A DNA stretch of 40,186 nucleotides from Bacteroidia bacterium (GTDB taxonomy: Bacteria; Bacteroidota; Bacteroidia; AKYH767-A; 2013-40CM-41-45), in contig DAORHY010000002.1 in the NCBI GenBank assembly GCA_035438225.1, positions 1-40,186 of the forward strand. The letters run 5' to 3'. The translations under genes and the position numbers were made by a program. The notes beneath the pieces are model-generated. The model had not been told where the DNA came from, searched no databases, and worked only from the letters and a program-made list of their open reading frames with translations. Below, piece by piece: positions 36,657-40,186 of the stretch; position 1 is the first letter of the stretch; every line of letters starts with the position of its first letter.

Positions 36657-37002
36657 ATGAATTTGGAACTGAAAGACTTATAAATTATATCAATTGGCCT
36701 GCTCGGTTGGACAAGGAGAGTTATTCCGTTTATTCTAACTCGAAAAAAAACGCTGTACCTTATCCGCTTCCATTCACTAATTAACTTATTGCACGCTTCG
36801 ATGAATATTCGTCGAAGCATGAGCTACCGCCCATTCGACTCCAAATCCACCCGTTCTCCTGGCCGGAAGAGATTCCCAACCCGATCAGATTTTTTCGTTT
36901 CCGTTCCGTCGTTTACCGGCTGCCGGTTCCTTTGACTTGCATGTGCACGATCTTAATAGTAGCGTTGTATTATTGCCAACTTCTCCTTCAAAAAACAACG
37001 CA

Positions 37003-37052
37003 GACCGGCGGGCATTGGAATGGATGTTGAAGTCCATGTAGGACCGGCGGGC
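37003..37052 (+). repeat. Two copies of the 11-mer GACCGGCGGGC, 39 nt apart, in the sugE leader
   Basis: The copies lie at 37003-37013 and 37042-37052. The nucleotides following the two copies include complementary pentamers (ttgga / tccaa context: attGGAAtgg vs gTTCCAtt). A T6 run follows at 37059-37064, about 72 nt upstream of the sugE ATG. Confidence 0.4.
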
Positions 37053-37135
37053 GTTCCATTTTTTACATAATCTTTTTGATTGCCCCGATTCATTCATCCA
37101 CAAATAATTCCCATCTTCCCGAAAAAATCAGCGCA

Positions 37136-37462
37136 ATGAATTGGACACTCCTCATCATCGCCGGGCTTTTCGAAACCGGTTTTGCTACCTGCCTCGGTAA
37201 AGCAAAAGAAACAAGCGGTGCTGCCGCAGGCTGGTGGTGGAGCGGGTTTTTCCTGTGCCTGGGTGTAAGTATGTTTCTGCTTTACAAAGCAACGCAAACA
37301 TTACCCATCGGAACGGCGTATGCGGTATGGACAGGTATCGGCGCTGTTGGCACCGTATTGGTCGGGATTTTTTTATTCAAAGAACCGGTAGATTTCTGGC
37401 GAATGTTTTTTCTGTCAACATTAATCGCTTCAATTCTCGGATTAAAAATCGTTTCCGCTTAA
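37136..37462 (+). CDS. sugE: SMR-family exporter, SugE/Gdx subtype (guanidinium / quaternary ammonium efflux)
   Basis: The 108-aa protein has 4 TM segments and the conserved membrane Glu in MNWTLLIIAGLFETGFA. The motif LPIGTAYAVWTGIGAVGTVLVGIFLFKEP is typical of SugE. ATG 37136 is preferred over the ORF-track start. Confidence 0.9.
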   Translation: MNWTLLIIAGLFETGFATCLGKAKETSGAAAGWWWSGFFLCLGVSMFLLYKATQTLPIGTAYAVWTGIGAVGTVLVGIFLFKEPVDFWRMFFLSTLIASILGLKIVSA

Positions 37463-37527
37463 TCGTGCCAAGGGGTGGATGAAAAATATACTCCGGTCAG
37501 TGCTTACAAAAAAAAATGCAGGCGCTA

Positions 37528-40186
37528 TCAGTGATTCTGGATCAGCATGCGCTGGAGATAGCTGTCATTCCCATCGCTCAGATGAACAGTGTACACGCCC
37601 GCACTGAGTTCAGGCAGATAAAAAGAGGAACTTGTTTCTGCACTCACGGACGACGCATAGACACAGGCGCCCAATGCATTGAAGATCTGCAAACGATAGC
37701 TGCTGTCATCGTCGCCCGTAAAGGCAAGAGTAAAGGTTCCGTGATTCGGATTCGGATACACGACAAACAATCCTTTTGATTCCGCGGAACGGATGGCGAT
37801 TGTATTGGAATAGGTAAACATTCCGTCAAAATCGGTTTGCTTCAGCCGGTAATAGACGATTCCCGGTTTGGAGGTCCGGTCGAGATAAGCATATGCATGA
37901 GTCTCTGTACTGTTACCGGCGCCCTCCACACGTGCAATTGCTTCGAATTCCTGGGCATCGTAACTTCTTTCCAGCGTGAAATAGGAATTGTTGATTTCAG
38001 AAGCCGTTTTCCAGTCCAGCTGATTTCCTCTCCAAGTATTTTTTCCCGTGAAACTCAGCAATTCAATGGGAAGCGGAGACGTAATTTTAGTGTACCAGAT
38101 CGGAGAGCTCCAGGCTACATGGCCGTCGGCTTGTGTGATTTCCGCGTAATAGTAATAGGTGCCTGTGGTAAACGAATGAGTAAACGTGAGTGAACCTGAA
38201 TTCGTATTCGATGTAAGCACTGTCGGTGTTACATTGCTCCCGGGAACACCGTACCACAATCGAATTTGCGTTGTAGATTCACCATCCGGATCGCTGGTTG
38301 TAACGGTGAACGTTGGATTGACTGTTTGCACCACAATACTTCCCATCGGAAGATTTCCATTTGCAGTGAAGGTCACCTGGAAATTATAATCCTCCGTTGC
38401 ATAAAATCGCATGTTCAGAATGCCATCGAGCATCGCCGCTTTCGTACGTGCCGAAGCAAGGATTACGGTACGTCCCTGGTTGGCTTTCCCCATGGTGGCG
38501 GAATAATGATTGTCCATATCTGCCAATGGCCCCAGGTGATATCCTTTGGCCAGCATGTCTTTGAAATAGGAAACAGTATTCGTGGCAGCGGGATCTGTAT
38601 AACTGGTGTTGGTGGAAAACGCCGGTCCGTTTTTTACAGCAACCCCGACGATTGCGTTATCATACGTTGCATTGTACGGACTGTTTTTAATATTTCCGAA
38701 ATCCGTGGCATTCGGGTGACAAAGTGTTGCGAAGGCATCCGGTGTTGAAGCAACTGTATTAAATACCGTGTTGTAATCGCCTTTGGCTACATAGGTATTG
38801 TAGTTGCCTGCATTCCATCCGAGCAGTTGATTGATCCCGTAAACATTGACATGTCCACCGGTAGAAATAGTTCCCCATTCCATTCCATAGAATGCAACGA
38901 AGCTTGGATTTGAAACCATGTAGGCAGAAGCTTCCGCCAGGCCGCTGGCATATTTTGCAGGAGTCATCACCGGTCCTTCGTTGTGATTGTGATCGGAAAT
39001 CCCCATGTAATCAAAATAAAGTGCGGTGCTTGCGTCTGAATAGCAGCACGTCGGACTGTTTGCGCCATTGCATACATTGTCAACATCGCCATCCGAATAA
39101 TCGGAGTGCGCATGCAGATTGCCAAAATAATTAGTGTAAGAAGGTACAGATACTGTTGTCGCGGACGCTGAAGGCATCGGAGTGCTGAGGTAATTCGAAT
39201 TGCATCCGGTACCATTCAATTCAAAGACTGCAAAATAATATTTGAAACCCGGAAGCAGGCCGGTGACTGTCGTTGAATTCCCTGTTCCCAGATATACGAC
39301 GTATTCACCGGGGGCAGTAGAGGACCCCAATCCGTAGGCTGCATTTGCTGTATAGACAATTCCATCCACAGGAGGCGTAGTGATGGCGCTGATTCCTTTA
39401 CACAGGACAATACAATTCGCTCCGTTTCCCCGTATCCAGTTCAGCTGAACAGAATTGGAAAGCGCAGTGGTGGCAATGAGCGATGAACTTTGAACGGAAG
39501 GTTCCGAAGCCAAAACACATCCGATCGTCGTTGCGGATCCGCCGGCAGGGGCAGCGGTAAGAAAATTTGTAGTACAGCCTGTTCCGTTGAATTCAAAAAT
39601 CCGGTAACTATAAGAAGTATTCGGATTGAGTCCGCTTACCGTGCAGGATGTTCCGCTTCCCATGTACACTACATATTCATTCGCAGCCATCATCGTTCCG
39701 CTGCCGAATGTTGTGCTGGCGATGTACGCACTGCCGTCGGCAGGTGTGGTGGCGACTGCGCCATTCTCATGCATGATGACGATGCATTCGCTGCCATTGC
39801 CGCGTGTCCAGTTCAGCGTCATTGCATTGGCGCCAATGGCCGTCACAGATTGTGCAACTGTCTGCGTTGTGGGTTCCGGATTGATTGTACAGGCATTGGG
39901 GATATAAATATTATCGAAAAGGCCGAAGTCTGAACCGCCGATAGAATGATTCCATAAACAGCCAATGAACATCAGATCGGCACCCGTATACGTGCCGTCC
40001 GTTCCTGTCGTTGGGGCGCCCCAGGTTACAAGATTGGGATCAATGAATGGACCTGCTGAGGTGTTGTTTGTAACGTACAAGCTCCAGGAATTACCAACCG
40101 GATTGTAGGTCATCTTGATCGCGTGGTATTCATTTGCATAATCGGTTGGTGGTGCAATGATCTGAGTGATGTTTGCAACGGGAGAA
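37528..40186 (-). CDS. T9SS-secreted multidomain protein with two FN3-like modules and a PHP-family metal-dependent phosphoesterase domain (N-terminus beyond the window)
   Basis: The frame stays open upstream of M40113 to the window edge. There are two about 120-aa repeats (LNWTRGNGSECIVIM... and LNWIRGNGANCIVLC...). PHP motifs are FGNLHAHSDYSDGD and GISDHNH. The module IELLSFTGK...YYRLKQTDFDG follows. The C-terminal FVVYPNPNHGTFTLAF...GVYTVHLSDG...LIQNH is a T9SS sorting domain. Confidence 0.8.
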   Translation of the reverse strand, partial: SPVANITQIIAPPTDYANEYHAIKMTYNPVGNSWSLYVTNNTSAGPFIDPNLVTWGAPTTGTDGTYTGADLMFIGCLWNHSIGGSDFGLFDNIYIPNACTINPEPTTQTVAQSVTAIGANAMTLNWTRGNGSECIVIMHENGAVATTPADGSAYIASTTFGSGTMMAANEYVVYMGSGTSCTVSGLNPNTSYSYRIFEFNGTGCTTNFLTAAPAGGSATTIGCVLASEPSVQSSSLIATTALSNSVQLNWIRGNGANCIVLCKGISAITTPPVDGIVYTANAAYGLGSSTAPGEYVVYLGTGNSTTVTGLLPGFKYYFAVFELNGTGCNSNYLSTPMPSASATTVSVPSYTNYFGNLHAHSDYSDGDVDNVCNGANSPTCCYSDASTALYFDYMGISDHNHNEGPVMTPAKYASGLAEASAYMVSNPSFVAFYGMEWGTISTGGHVNVYGINQLLGWNAGNYNTYVAKGDYNTVFNTVASTPDAFATLCHPNATDFGNIKNSPYNATYDNAIVGVAVKNGPAFSTNTSYTDPAATNTVSYFKDMLAKGYHLGPLADMDNHYSATMGKANQGRTVILASARTKAAMLDGILNMRFYATEDYNFQVTFTANGNLPMGSIVVQTVNPTFTVTTSDPDGESTTQIRLWYGVPGSNVTPTVLTSNTNSGSLTFTHSFTTGTYYYYAEITQADGHVAWSSPIWYTKITSPLPIELLSFTGKNTWRGNQLDWKTASEINNSYFTLERSYDAQEFEAIARVEGAGNSTETHAYAYLDRTSKPGIVYYRLKQTDFDGMFTYSNTIAIRSAESKGLFVVYPNPNHGTFTLAFTGDDDSSYRLQIFNALGACVYASSVSAETSSSFYLPELSAGVYTVHLSDGNDSYLQRMLIQNH

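Noticed and set aside
36819-36831. On the minus strand, gggcggtagctca resembles the 5' acceptor and D-arm start of a tRNA.
   Set aside because: The downstream sequence does not continue as a tRNA. There is no D-loop GG, and the following hairpin has a 7-bp stem and 10-nt loop rather than an anticodon arm. Integration scars normally duplicate tRNA 3' ends, not 5' ends.
36996-37064. Assignment of the sugE leader to a known guanidine riboswitch class (I, II, III or IV).
   Set aside because: I could not find the CUAGGG/GGUCCGAGAG elements of class I, paired ACGR-loop hairpins of class II, or the class III pseudoknot consensus. Only a CGGCGGG word is shared. It is therefore reported as an uncharacterised repeat rather than a named riboswitch.
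1-40186. A search of the whole window for CRISPR arrays, rRNA or tRNA genes, IS elements, integrases and prophage genes.
   Set aside because: I found no regularly spaced direct repeats of 24-40 nt, no rRNA-like conserved blocks, no cloverleaf-compatible sequences, and no transposase or integrase-like ORFs.

Overview
This is about 40.2 kb of a Bacteroidota-type chromosome. That placement is inferred from five proteins ending in T9SS type-A C-terminal sorting domains, a CarboxypepD_reg/TonB-like beta-barrel receptor, no obvious Shine-Dalgarno sequences, and TTTG / TAnnTTTG-like promoter boxes. Most of the window is ordinary core genome: deoD, the divergent oxyR-dps pair, yicC-gmk-nadD, a trans-sulfuration PLP enzyme, polA, a CDF transporter, a DMT/EamA transporter, a di-heme cytochrome c, two DinB-family genes (one frameshifted), YbjQ, and an ArsC-family gene. 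I saw no rRNA, tRNA, CRISPR array, transposase or integrase. The accessory content is as follows. (i) At the left edge there is a tightly packed operon of signal-peptide and lipoprotein genes of unknown function. (ii) There is a tandem pair of M43 metalloprotease-PKD-T9SS paralogs with a patch of near-identical DNA. (iii) There are several other T9SS cargo genes, including a PHP-domain protein that runs off the right edge. (iv) The most unusual locus lies at about 35.0-37.1 kb: a 207-bp imperfect palindrome with 22-bp terminal inverted repeats and G-U-compatible mismatches overlaps the stop codon of an unrecognisable 147-aa ORF. That ORF is divergent from a visibly AT-richer Mrr-type restriction nuclease gene. 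It is followed by a 479-bp non-coding stretch with an 11-nt direct repeat in the leader of a sugE/gdx SMR exporter. Other observations are a heptamer-periodic inverted-repeat element abutting the polA stop codon, with a related tract at the DinB stop codon, and several unusually long non-coding gaps. All calls come from reading the sequence and the ORF track; no database searches were run.
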